The notes under the pieces: generated by a model
The model's input: only the letters and a program-made list of their open reading frames with translations
What the model was told of the DNA's origin: nothing
The model's database searches: none
Source: Deltaproteobacteria bacterium
GTDB taxonomy: Bacteria > Desulfobacterota > Deferrimicrobia > Deferrimicrobiales > Deferrimicrobiaceae
DNA length: 64,000 nt
NCBI GenBank assembly: GCA_050263095.1
Contig: JBLNEW010000027.1
Coordinates: 25,485 to 89,484 of the forward strand
Direction: 5' to 3'
Shown here: piece after piece, positions 9,507 to 18,829 of the stretch
Layout of the letters: each line of letters opens with the position of its first letter
Numbering within the stretch: position 1 is the first letter of the stretch
Position numbers and translations under genes: made by a program

Positions 9507-12476
9507 ATGATCTCTAATCTGAAATCCTTATTATTCCTGGTTTCAATCTATGTCGCCTTTTTTGCATCAGGCGCAGGCTGTCTTATCGCGGAGGTTACAT
9601 GGAATCGGATGCTTATTGTGGTTGTCGGCAACTCGATGAGCGCGGTGTCGATGATCATCGTCGTTTTTATGGGCGGGCTTGGACTCGGAAGCTATGTTGG
9701 AGGAAAGATCTTTGGTCATAGACGTCCATCTCTCGTACCTTATCTTTTATTGGAGATAATCATCGGCATATATGTCCTTCTCTCGCCTACGCTTTTCGAA
9801 TTTCTTGCCTACTTTTTCACGTCATTCGCGGAGCGTTTAAACGACAGGTCCATTTTGACGATCATACGACTTATCGTAAGCTTTGGCGCGCTTATCTTGC
9901 CTGCATTCATGATGGGATTGACTTTCCCGGCAATGATCTCCGGGGCAACCCTGTATAAACCGTCGGAACGAACAGCACGTACAAGCTACCTCTATAGCGT
10001 AAACACTCTCGGCGCTGCCATAGGTTGCTACGCGGCGGGATACCACCTCTTATTTGAGTTTGGCGTCAAGACCACTTTGGTCATTGCATTCGGCGTTTAT
10101 CTGAGTGCGGTCCTGTGCGCACTTGTGGCCATCATTATGGCTAAATCTAAATCCGAAGAGGCTCCGGAAAATATTCCTTGCACCGCGGATCATTCTTTCG
10201 CAGATGTTCGCCTGCGACGCTTCTTGAATATCGCGACTCTCGGGATAGGTTTCGTTGCACTCGCATACGAAGTTCTTCTGACGAGGCTCAGTATTTTATA
10301 TTTGGGCAATACCGTATCGGTATTCCCGCTTGTTCTTACGGGCTTTCTTATTGGAACGGGCATAAGCGCCTTATTGGGCACCTGGCTTTATGACATCTTG
10401 CGGCGCACTTCAAGCAAAAGCAACAACCTGTTCGGCTTCACCGCCTTGGGGGCGGGTGTATTCGTATTGTTGACACCGTACCTTCTCTTGACTGATTGGG
10501 TATTTGGGGGGGTCAAGTATGCCCGTTTTGCGGATTCTCCTCCTGTAAATCCATTGCCTATTTTGGGAATCATCATCGCTCCTACGATTCTGATCGGCGC
10601 CCTGTTGCCTCTAGCGATTAGAACTCTCCAACCGCGCGAGTACGGTGACGCAACTAGAGAGGCATCCACCCTTTATGCGCTTAATACCGCGGGGGGCCTA
10701 TTGGGCGCAGGATTGGTAAACCATTACCTTGTCCCGCTTATAGGAATTCAAGGAGTCTTGATATGCCTGACTTCAATCTGCTTTGCCGTGGGCATCATCT
10801 ATCTTCTATCGCTCGGTGCAAGCTATTTGCGTTGGGCAATTGCATTCCTAAGTGTTTTGGCGATATCGGCAGGCTTGGCGGGGATCCTTCCCGGGATGAT
10901 ATATATGTATGCGGGAAAGATCGCGGAATCGACGCAAGCCCATTCCGCTGAAATTCGACTTGTACACGAGGGCCGGGCTGCAACCGTCACGGTAATAGAC
11001 CAGAAAGACCCTAAAAGGGGTACTTACCGCGACATGTACCTAAACGGCGTCGAGGAAGCTTCTACGCGTTATTGGCATACCCAGTTATTCAAACTTTTGG
11101 GAATACTTCCGGTATTGGCTCATGAGTCCCATCCCACAAAACCAAAAGAGGCATTGGTGATTGCATTCGGCGCCGGAATAACGGCAGGCTCCGTATTGGC
11201 TTCCAGTCAGGTCTCATCGCTTGATGTCGTAGATCTCAATCCGGATGTGGAAGGCATCAACAATTTGTTTATCGATGTAAACGGAGATGTTTTCCACAAT
11301 CCCCGTTTCCATTTCATCAACGACGACGGACGTAACTTCCTGGTCACAAGCAACAAGAAATATGACTTGATCATTGCCGACTCTACACATCCCAGAGCTT
11401 ACGATAGCTGGATACTCTACACCGAAGAATTTTACAGGTCTGTCCGAAAGCGTCTACTTGCCGGCGGCGTGTTTGCGCAGTGGGTGCCGGTGCTCGGCTC
11501 GATGCGCGGAGATCTGTTCAAGATACATCTGAATACGTTCCGACGAGTGTTCCCGAACTCGACTTTTTGGTATATCTACGGCTCCGATCAGGCGTTTCTT
11601 CTGGCTACCCCCCAGCCTTTCTCGCTGGATATCAGGGAATTGCAGAATAAGCTGAATCAGCTGCCCGAATGGTTTCGCGCAAAGGAGTACCAGATCGACA
11701 CTGCGCCTCGCATCGCCGGATTTTTTTGGTTGGATGATTCATCGATGAAGAGAATGATCGGCTCCGAAACGAGAGTAAATACCGACGATTCCCATTTCTT
11801 CGACAAGCAATCCGCCGTACAACCGGCTCAACCGCAATGGCAACTGCCATATTTCCAGACAAGTGTTCTGCCCTATCTTGGACAAGCAAACGAAAACATG
11901 CACGTCGACGTCCGTAGGGAGCAGATCGTTGCGCAGTTTTTGGCAAGGTACGCTTTTTTTCAAAGCAAATCCGATCTATATCATGCATATTGCACGATGC
12001 CGGGAAACGGAACTGTAAGTTATTTCATGAATCTGGAATTCGCCGGCGAATTTCCCGACCACGAGACATTCTGCCAGGATATCGAGATAAATTTTTATCG
12101 CATGGCACTCGAAAAACTTCCAAACGACGTCCTTACACTAAACAATCTTGCTTATAAGCTTTCAGAAAAAGGTCAACTTGAAGAGGCATTAATGCTGGCA
12201 GAGAAGGCGGTTGCAATCGAGCCCCAAAACGGTATTTTCCTCGATACCTACGGATGGATTCTTTTTAAACAGAAAAAATATGGTCCGGCTATCGATGCAC
12301 TTAAAAAATCAGCTTCGTTTTTGCCGAACCACCCTATAGTTCTTTTCCATTTAGGAGCAGCCTATAACGCCACGGGGAAGTATGATTCCGCAAGAGAACA
12401 TCTATCAAAAGCCTTGAGAATTTCAAGCGATTTCAAAGAAGCACAACAGGCACGTGAACTATTGGGGCAGCATTAA
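9507..12476 (+). CDS. Paralogous fused transmembrane plus spermidine-synthase-like domain protein with C-terminal TPR repeats
   Basis: Same architecture as 6463..9468 (ALVIAFGAGITAGSV...VDVVDLNPDV...YDLIIADSTHPRAYDSW...GVFAQWVP), plus C-terminal TPR-like repeats (NNLAYKLSEKGQLEEALMLAEKAVAIEP...). Confidence 0.6.
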   Translation: MISNLKSLLFLVSIYVAFFASGAGCLIAEVTWNRMLIVVVGNSMSAVSMIIVVFMGGLGLGSYVGGKIFGHRRPSLVPYLLLEIIIGIYVLLSPTLFEFLAYFFTSFAERLNDRSILTIIRLIVSFGALILPAFMMGLTFPAMISGATLYKPSERTARTSYLYSVNTLGAAIGCYAAGYHLLFEFGVKTTLVIAFGVYLSAVLCALVAIIMAKSKSEEAPENIPCTADHSFADVRLRRFLNIATLGIGFVALAYEVLLTRLSILYLGNTVSVFPLVLTGFLIGTGISALLGTWLYDILRRTSSKSNNLFGFTALGAGVFVLLTPYLLLTDWVFGGVKYARFADSPPVNPLPILGIIIAPTILIGALLPLAIRTLQPREYGDATREASTLYALNTAGGLLGAGLVNHYLVPLIGIQGVLICLTSICFAVGIIYLLSLGASYLRWAIAFLSVLAISAGLAGILPGMIYMYAGKIAESTQAHSAEIRLVHEGRAATVTVIDQKDPKRGTYRDMYLNGVEEASTRYWHTQLFKLLGILPVLAHESHPTKPKEALVIAFGAGITAGSVLASSQVSSLDVVDLNPDVEGINNLFIDVNGDVFHNPRFHFINDDGRNFLVTSNKKYDLIIADSTHPRAYDSWILYTEEFYRSVRKRLLAGGVFAQWVPVLGSMRGDLFKIHLNTFRRVFPNSTFWYIYGSDQAFLLATPQPFSLDIRELQNKLNQLPEWFRAKEYQIDTAPRIAGFFWLDDSSMKRMIGSETRVNTDDSHFFDKQSAVQPAQPQWQLPYFQTSVLPYLGQANENMHVDVRREQIVAQFLARYAFFQSKSDLYHAYCTMPGNGTVSYFMNLEFAGEFPDHETFCQDIEINFYRMALEKLPNDVLTLNNLAYKLSEKGQLEEALMLAEKAVAIEPQNGIFLDTYGWILFKQKKYGPAIDALKKSASFLPNHPIVLFHLGAAYNATGKYDSAREHLSKALRISSDFKEAQQARELLGQH

Positions 12477-12521
12477 TGAAGATGGCATAATTTTTTTATA
12501 ATTATTGGCTTTAATGCGTCA

Positions 12522-14579
12522 TTATTTATTCATCAATAGATTTAATTGTTTTATCGCACCAGAATGATTTGGAATCAATTTAACAACTATATTAAATTGA
12601 TTCAATGCTTCGTCATATCGACTCTGCAGTTTATATGTGATGCCCAAATTATAATGCGCTTCAGCGTATTTTGGATTTAACTTTATGGCATTTTCAAACT
12701 CTTTTATAGCATCATCATATTGAGCAAGTTCCGCATATGATTTACCAAGATTATTATATCCTTCAGGGTTATCAGGATCCAGCATCGTTACGGCCTTGAA
12801 TTCACTTTTCGCTTCTTCAAAACGGCCCGTTTCTCCGTAAACGATACCAAGGTCATTATGCGCCTCCGCATAATAAGGCATACCTTTTATTGCAAGTTTA
12901 AATTCTCTAATCGCATTTTCGTATTGTCCTTTCTCAATATAATATCTGCCTGCATCGTAATGGCCTTTGGCATATGCGGTTTGAATCTCGCGGGTACCTT
13001 CTTCAAATCGACCTGTTTTTATAAATGCAATCCCAAGGTTGTTATGTGCATCGTAATAATCAGGTTTTATCTCGATCGCTTTTTTATACGATCTTATGGC
13101 GTCCTCATAAAGCCCCTTTTTATAATAGGACATCCCAAGCATGTTATATGGGCGGGATTTAGAAGGACTTTTACTTACCACATCCTTCCACAATCCAACT
13201 TCATCTTGCCATAATGTATTCCGTGAATAAGTCATTACGGCAAAAATAACTATAATTGAAGTAAAAAATAACATTAGTTTATTTATATACGTATGACTAA
13301 TTATATTCGTATGTCTTATGCTCACGACGGCCGTGACGATTGCAATAAAGAACCCTATCGAAGGCAAATATATTCGATGCTCAAATATAACATCCCGTAT
13401 GGGAATGATGCTTGATTCAACAGAATTGGCAATATAAAACCAAAAAACACCAAAAGATATTAACAACGCATATCCATTCTGTTTATTTCGACCTCTAATT
13501 ACAAGGTATATCGCAATGCAGATAATCAACAAATGAAATAACAATGATGTAAATACTTGCACATCTATCAACGAACGGAAAATAGTGTAATCATAATCAA
13601 TGTTCTGCCATACGGGAATAAATAATAATCTTATATAGGTAATAACAACTCTAAATTGTGTAATTAAATAATCGAAACGGCTTATCTCCGTAGTTTCTTG
13701 TGCGGCCATTGAAACGGAGTTTATGAAATTACCACTTAAATAACCGGTTTGGATTAAGTTTATTGGTATTATTAGCATCGTAAGCGAAAATGGAGCGACG
13801 TATAGTAATCTTTTTTTGAAATCACCATTACAAAGTATAAATTCATATAAAGCAATTAACACCGGCAATGTAAACGATATCTCTTTCGTCATCATTGCTA
13901 GCGCAGCCGACATTATTGATAGTAGGTAATATATGACGGCCTTAGGAGTTGATCCAGATAGACGGAATTTTGCATACAAGACGAATGAAAGAACGTAAAA
14001 CGTCGTGGCAAGTGATGTAAACCGTTGAACGATATAAGTTACGGCCTGAGTTTGCACTGGATGAACAATGAAAAGCGCCGCGGCGAAAAACGATATTACA
14101 TTATATAATATACACGTATTAAGATGGTCTTCCCCAGTTGCATCCATAAAATATGTGGTCTTAAATGTTATTATAAGTAAATAATAGATTAGTAACGAAT
14201 TGATAACATGGATTACTAGATTAACAAAATGGTATCCGGCGACATCTAGGTCGTTAATATTATAGTTAACCGCAAATGTAATGTATCCAATAATCCTATT
14301 CCTGGAAATACCTTGATAGTCTTGAGAATTTGGAAAATCATGATGATCATGCTTCAGCTTCAATGGATCTAAAATAAATTTGGGATCTTTAATGACGGGA
14401 TTGCGGACGATTTGGGTTTCATCATCCAATATAAAAGGCACATTGAAAGTATTAGAATAAACGATAGCGCCTAATAATATAAGCACTATTGCCGGGATTA
14501 CCTTACAATTAAATGCCTTTAATAATGCATCCCGTATCGATTGCGAGGAGTACGTGAGAAACTCCATAATTAAATTCAT
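12522..14579 (-). CDS. Multi-transmembrane PMT/glycosyltransferase-39-like domain fused to C-terminal TPR repeats
   Basis: N-terminal half has about 10 transmembrane helices. The C-terminus carries more than 6 TPR units (YNMLGMSYYKKGLYEDAIRSYKKAIEIKPDYYDAHNNLG...). The gene is strikingly AT-rich: a 60-nt sample at 12541-12600 has only 14 G/C. Confidence 0.6.
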   Translation of the reverse strand: MNLIMEFLTYSSQSIRDALLKAFNCKVIPAIVLILLGAIVYSNTFNVPFILDDETQIVRNPVIKDPKFILDPLKLKHDHHDFPNSQDYQGISRNRIIGYITFAVNYNINDLDVAGYHFVNLVIHVINSLLIYYLLIITFKTTYFMDATGEDHLNTCILYNVISFFAAALFIVHPVQTQAVTYIVQRFTSLATTFYVLSFVLYAKFRLSGSTPKAVIYYLLSIMSAALAMMTKEISFTLPVLIALYEFILCNGDFKKRLLYVAPFSLTMLIIPINLIQTGYLSGNFINSVSMAAQETTEISRFDYLITQFRVVITYIRLLFIPVWQNIDYDYTIFRSLIDVQVFTSLLFHLLIICIAIYLVIRGRNKQNGYALLISFGVFWFYIANSVESSIIPIRDVIFEHRIYLPSIGFFIAIVTAVVSIRHTNIISHTYINKLMLFFTSIIVIFAVMTYSRNTLWQDEVGLWKDVVSKSPSKSRPYNMLGMSYYKKGLYEDAIRSYKKAIEIKPDYYDAHNNLGIAFIKTGRFEEGTREIQTAYAKGHYDAGRYYIEKGQYENAIREFKLAIKGMPYYAEAHNDLGIVYGETGRFEEAKSEFKAVTMLDPDNPEGYNNLGKSYAELAQYDDAIKEFENAIKLNPKYAEAHYNLGITYKLQSRYDEALNQFNIVVKLIPNHSGAIKQLNLLMNK

Positions 14580-14626
14580 CTTCCGAATGAATTCGGTCTA
14601 CAGGAGAATGAAAGCTATACTCACGG

Positions 14627-15535
14627 CTACTGGGATGTAGAATATATTTGAATCCTGCTGTTTCCACGATCTGCGATGAATATGAATCCATTGTCATTTA
14701 CGCAAATTTGCGAAGGATAGTGCAGAAGCCCCTCTTTCCACCCCAAGTTCAATTGACGTCCCCTGAAGGAACCGTCGCGTCCCAAAATAACGATGCCGCT
14801 GCCGTTCTGATCAACTAAGAAAAGGTTTCCTCGATTGTCGGCTGCAATTGCAACGGGAAAATCTACATCTTCCTTCAGGCTTTCCGTGAGGGGTATTATT
14901 GAGGAAGAACCGGCGACTGACGTATAGACCCTCCTCCCGGTGCTATCGATAATGTAAAGATTGCCTGATGAATCTACCGTGAGATCGGAAAAGAATCCGT
15001 AATCTTCCGGAAAGGAGATCTCCCGTTGCACTTTGCCATCCGGCTGCAGAACTATCACTTTTTCAGACGATATGTCGAGGACGTATAAATTATCTTTTTT
15101 ATCTATGGTCATGCTTTTCGGCACGATGCCCCGCTGCGACGTTATAGTCGAAAAGTCGATATATCCCTTGAATTCTCCTCCAGAGGAAATTCTTCCGATT
15201 TTGCGATGTTTCCCATCAAGAACAAAAATATCCCCTATTGAATTCATCTGGACCCGTATGGGGTAAGGCAATTGAGGCAAGGAAATCTCGGAACCCGGAT
15301 TCAGGGTCTCCCCTGTGAAATTGAAACGTATAAGACGACCGTTACCAGTGTCAGCAACCACCAGAAGAGGCTTCTCGTTGCAGCTCACACCTTCCGGATG
15401 TTTCAGACCCGTTCCGCCCTCATCCGTATAACCGGATATCGCCGGCTTCAATTTCATCGTTTCCGCCGAAAACGAAGGAACCGGAGCAAAAAGGGCAATC
15501 AATGCGGGGGCGACATATTTTAAATATTTTCTCAC
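14627..15535 (-). CDS. Secreted NHL-repeat beta-propeller protein
   Basis: Six NHL-type repeats (LVVADTGNGRLIRF, IFVLDGKHRKIGRI, LYVLDISSEKVIVL, LYIIDSTGRRVY, LFLVDQNGSGIVIL, IFIADRGNSRIQIY). Signal peptide after a GTG at 15535, with GAGGTGA 4 nt upstream. An alternative ATG lies at 15559. Confidence 0.65.
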   Translation of the reverse strand: MRKYLKYVAPALIALFAPVPSFSAETMKLKPAISGYTDEGGTGLKHPEGVSCNEKPLLVVADTGNGRLIRFNFTGETLNPGSEISLPQLPYPIRVQMNSIGDIFVLDGKHRKIGRISSGGEFKGYIDFSTITSQRGIVPKSMTIDKKDNLYVLDISSEKVIVLQPDGKVQREISFPEDYGFFSDLTVDSSGNLYIIDSTGRRVYTSVAGSSSIIPLTESLKEDVDFPVAIAADNRGNLFLVDQNGSGIVILGRDGSFRGRQLNLGWKEGLLHYPSQICVNDNGFIFIADRGNSRIQIYSTSQ

Positions 15536-15539
15536 TTCA

Positions 15540-16811
15540 TCACCTCGTGAATTTGACATGGCACTGGACGCAAAGATCCATTTTAGGATCGAAATAAGCG
15601 AAAAGTTTCTTGTCGGTTCCATGCGACCGGTGGCAACTAAGGCAATCGAGGCTGAGATTGCGGTTACGCGGATCGACGATCTTCGCGCCGATCGGATGGG
15701 ACTTGTGTCTCTGCCAGTCATGGCAGGTTCCGCAAAGATCGATCGTCGATGCGTTATCCAACAAGAAAACATTATTCGAGGAATGCGGGGAGTGGCAACT
15801 CGAGCATTTCCCTTCCTCGACAGGTTTGTGTTTCGCAACCGACTTCTCTTGTCTAGCCATGGAATCCGCATGGCATGCCCCGCAAACCAATTTCACCTGC
15901 TCTTTCATAAGGCCATCCCATTTGGAGGAATGGGGATTATGACAGGTCAGACAACCCTCCTTACCCAGCAAAGGCCAGTGAACCCGGGTCTTTCCAAACG
16001 TATCGTTAAGCATGGAATTATGGCAGCCGCGGCATAATTCATATCCCGTCTTCCTGACTTTGAGCGCATTCGTCGAAGACGCTTCAAAGTGACATTGGTT
16101 GCACATCTTATTGGCAACGGGTCTATGGACATTCCCCCAGAAAAGCCCTCCCCTGTTGGAGCCGTGTGGATCATGGCAGGAGGTGCATCGCGACTTGGCC
16201 ACCGGATAGGCCTGATGCTGCCTAGCAAATGCGGGATTGGATGTCTTGTGACAATCGATACATAGGGATGGCACAGGATTTTTCAGCAGGAACGCGGAAC
16301 GTGTGGAAGCATGGGGATTGTGACAATTCAAGCAATCCGTCCCTACGGGGCCATGCTTGAACCTATATTTTTTAACGGCCTCGGATACTCCTTTATGGCA
16401 GCTGTAACACAGCTCGTTCCCCGAACTTCGCAAGTTAAACTTGTTATTGGATGCATGTGGGTCGTGGCAGGTCATGCAGTTTCCATCTGCTGCCGCCTGG
16501 TGGACACTTTGCGGCTTGGAAGGCAGTATGCCATCGTGACACGAAATACATATTTTATTTGCGCCAAGGGCTGTCAGTTTCCCGTGACCCGAGGTATGCG
16601 GATTGTGGCAGCTTGAACAGTCTCCCGACTTCACGGGGGAATGAACGAACGGCAGCTTCATTTTCTCGGCGAAATCCGTATGACAAGCGACGCAGATTTT
16701 CCCTTTCGCTCCCGGTTTCAATTTGAACTTATCCTGGGTATATGACGGGGATACCGACAGAATGGAAACGGGAACTAGAAACAGCAGGACAGCTTTCAGT
16801 CGCAAATTCAT
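15540..16811 (-). CDS. Multihaem c-type cytochrome with 16 CxxCH motifs
   Basis: Signal peptide MNLRLKAVLLFLVPVSILSV after an AGGAGA ribosome-binding site. 16 CxxCH motifs, many in the CxxCH(N/D)PH form typical of Geobacter-type polymerised c7/c3 domains. The start lies 10 nt after the stop of the upstream 26-haem gene. Confidence 0.85.
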   Translation of the reverse strand: MNLRLKAVLLFLVPVSILSVSPSYTQDKFKLKPGAKGKICVACHTDFAEKMKLPFVHSPVKSGDCSSCHNPHTSGHGKLTALGANKICISCHDGILPSKPQSVHQAAADGNCMTCHDPHASNNKFNLRSSGNELCYSCHKGVSEAVKKYRFKHGPVGTDCLNCHNPHASTRSAFLLKNPVPSLCIDCHKTSNPAFARQHQAYPVAKSRCTSCHDPHGSNRGGLFWGNVHRPVANKMCNQCHFEASSTNALKVRKTGYELCRGCHNSMLNDTFGKTRVHWPLLGKEGCLTCHNPHSSKWDGLMKEQVKLVCGACHADSMARQEKSVAKHKPVEEGKCSSCHSPHSSNNVFLLDNASTIDLCGTCHDWQRHKSHPIGAKIVDPRNRNLSLDCLSCHRSHGTDKKLFAYFDPKMDLCVQCHVKFTR

Positions 16812-16821
16812 GATTTCTCCT

Positions 16822-18801
16822 TTACTTCTTATCCACGATGTGACAATCCTCGCATGACCTTCCGGCAAACGGGGGGTGAACCTTGTTCTTGAAGAACTTC
16901 GGATCCTTCGAGGCATGCGGGTCATGACAGGATCGGCAATCCATTACCGCAGCATCGATGTATATATGTCCTTTTGCGAAGGACGCCGCATTTAGATCGT
17001 GGCATTCCCCGCACAATTTACCCGGAGGTTGGGAGAGCAAAGTCGTCTCGCTGGAGAAATGATGGGAATGACATCTCAGGCAATCCCGGGATGCGGGAGA
17101 GTGCGGCGTTTCCTTCTGGAGCTTCTCTTTTATGTCCTTATGGCATGCCAGGCACAGATCGGGACCTTGAACGAGGAGGAGTTTGCCTAATTTGGATTGG
17201 TGGGGATTGTGGCACTTCGTGCATTGTCCGGTCATAACCGGCGAGTGCGTGCTTTTACCGCTCTTCATTCCTGTGCCGAGTTCGGAATGACACTCGATGC
17301 AAATCTTCTCCTGCTTTCCCAGTATCATGCCAGGCAAGTTCGTCCCATGGGCATCGTGGCAGGTCAAGCATTCCCCCCCCTTGAAAGGCTCATGAGTTGA
17401 TCCACCGACTGACGATTTCGTCAGGTCTTCATGGCACTTCGAACATAGCGCCGCTCCAGCCAGACGGAGAAGCTTTTTCTCCTCCGAACCATGGGGATTG
17501 TGGCAGCCATCGCAATCCCCCTTAATTACCGGTTTATGAGAGTTGGTTTTTAAAAAACTCACTTCGGCGTCGGCGTGACACGCGTAACAAACCTTATCGA
17601 GACGATCCTTGACCAATGCATTGAAATTGGACCCGTGGGGATTGTGGCAAGCAGTGCATTTGTCCGAAATGAATGGCTGATGTCGGATTTTCGCCTTTTG
17701 TGCTGCCATCGTCTTGGGATGACATGTGAAGCATAACGTACTCCCTTTTTCCAGCAGGAGCCCCTTGTTCTTCGCGGCATGGGGGGCATGACAGGAAAGA
17801 CAGCCTTTCCCTCCGGTAACAGCGCCATGATTCCTGGCCACCGTTTCTCCCTTTTCCTTGTGGCACCCAAGGCACAGCGTTTTCCCCGGCTCCGCGAGAA
17901 GGGCAGGGTTTTCGGAAGAGTGGGGATTATGGCAGGATAGGCAATCCCCCTCCTTGTACGGGATATGTAAAAATTCTCCTCCGGCATTCAGCTTGCGATC
18001 ATCGTGACATTGATAACATAGAGCGCTTCCTTTCTCATTCACGCCGAACGGAGTTTTCGAGCCGGGCTTTGCATGGCAGGAGTCGCAGTTTCCCTCTACG
18101 ACGGGGCTATGGGCACTCGATTTCAGCAGCCTTGGCTGGCCTGATGAATGTGGATTGTGACAACCTGAGCAATTCGATTTTTCTACAGGGTAATTTCCAT
18201 GAGCCTTATTGAAGTTTGACTTGCCGGGGCCGTGACATGAAAGGCAAAGCGGAGTTGCAGCCTTTGTCAGCAGATTATCTTGGTCGGAACTGTGCGCAAG
18301 GTGACAGGCCTTGCATCCCTCCTTAATCATGATTTCATGGTTTATCTTGTCCTTGAACGATTCTTTCTTGTGACACTGGAAGCACATCTCCGCGCCTTCC
18401 GCCTTCAGCATGTGCTTTTCCTCGGAGGCATGCGGATTATGGCATTGCGTGCACTTGCCGGTTTTCATGGCTGAATGCACCTTGGACTTGTTCATGCCTA
18501 TTTTCCCCCGGTCATGACAAGACAAGCAAAGATCGTTTCCCTGTTTTTTCAGCAGGTTACTGGGAACAAGCCCGTGACGGAGATGACATTCCTCGCATTT
18601 CCCTTCCTTGACGTTCGGATGGATCGCCTTCATGGGAAAATATTTTGCGGAAAACTTTTTATGGCAGTCCAGGCACCCTTTTTTCTGGAAAGTTCTCACC
18701 TGCGCCCACGAAGGGACGTCGTACACAAGAAATGTTCCTCCGGAAACCAGAGCGAGTGTTACGACAACGAATAAAATTCTCCTGGATCCGCATGAAAGCA
18801 T
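16822..18801 (-). CDS. Multihaem c-type cytochrome with 26 CxxCH motifs
   Basis: 659 aa with a signal peptide. 26 CxxCH motifs, roughly one per 25 residues (CLDCH, CEECH, CLSCH, CTQCH ... CRSCH, CEDCH). Confidence 0.85.
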   Translation of the reverse strand: MLSCGSRRILFVVVTLALVSGGTFLVYDVPSWAQVRTFQKKGCLDCHKKFSAKYFPMKAIHPNVKEGKCEECHLRHGLVPSNLLKKQGNDLCLSCHDRGKIGMNKSKVHSAMKTGKCTQCHNPHASEEKHMLKAEGAEMCFQCHKKESFKDKINHEIMIKEGCKACHLAHSSDQDNLLTKAATPLCLSCHGPGKSNFNKAHGNYPVEKSNCSGCHNPHSSGQPRLLKSSAHSPVVEGNCDSCHAKPGSKTPFGVNEKGSALCYQCHDDRKLNAGGEFLHIPYKEGDCLSCHNPHSSENPALLAEPGKTLCLGCHKEKGETVARNHGAVTGGKGCLSCHAPHAAKNKGLLLEKGSTLCFTCHPKTMAAQKAKIRHQPFISDKCTACHNPHGSNFNALVKDRLDKVCYACHADAEVSFLKTNSHKPVIKGDCDGCHNPHGSEEKKLLRLAGAALCSKCHEDLTKSSVGGSTHEPFKGGECLTCHDAHGTNLPGMILGKQEKICIECHSELGTGMKSGKSTHSPVMTGQCTKCHNPHQSKLGKLLLVQGPDLCLACHKDIKEKLQKETPHSPASRDCLRCHSHHFSSETTLLSQPPGKLCGECHDLNAASFAKGHIYIDAAVMDCRSCHDPHASKDPKFFKNKVHPPFAGRSCEDCHIVDKK

Positions 18802-18829
18802 AATCTCTCCCCGTTGGCGTGCAGAAAAA

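Noticed and set aside
14580-14626. CCGAATgaATTCGG hairpin downstream of the NHL gene
   Set aside because: It is a 6-bp AT-rich stem with a 2-nt loop and no U-run. It is not a convincing terminator.
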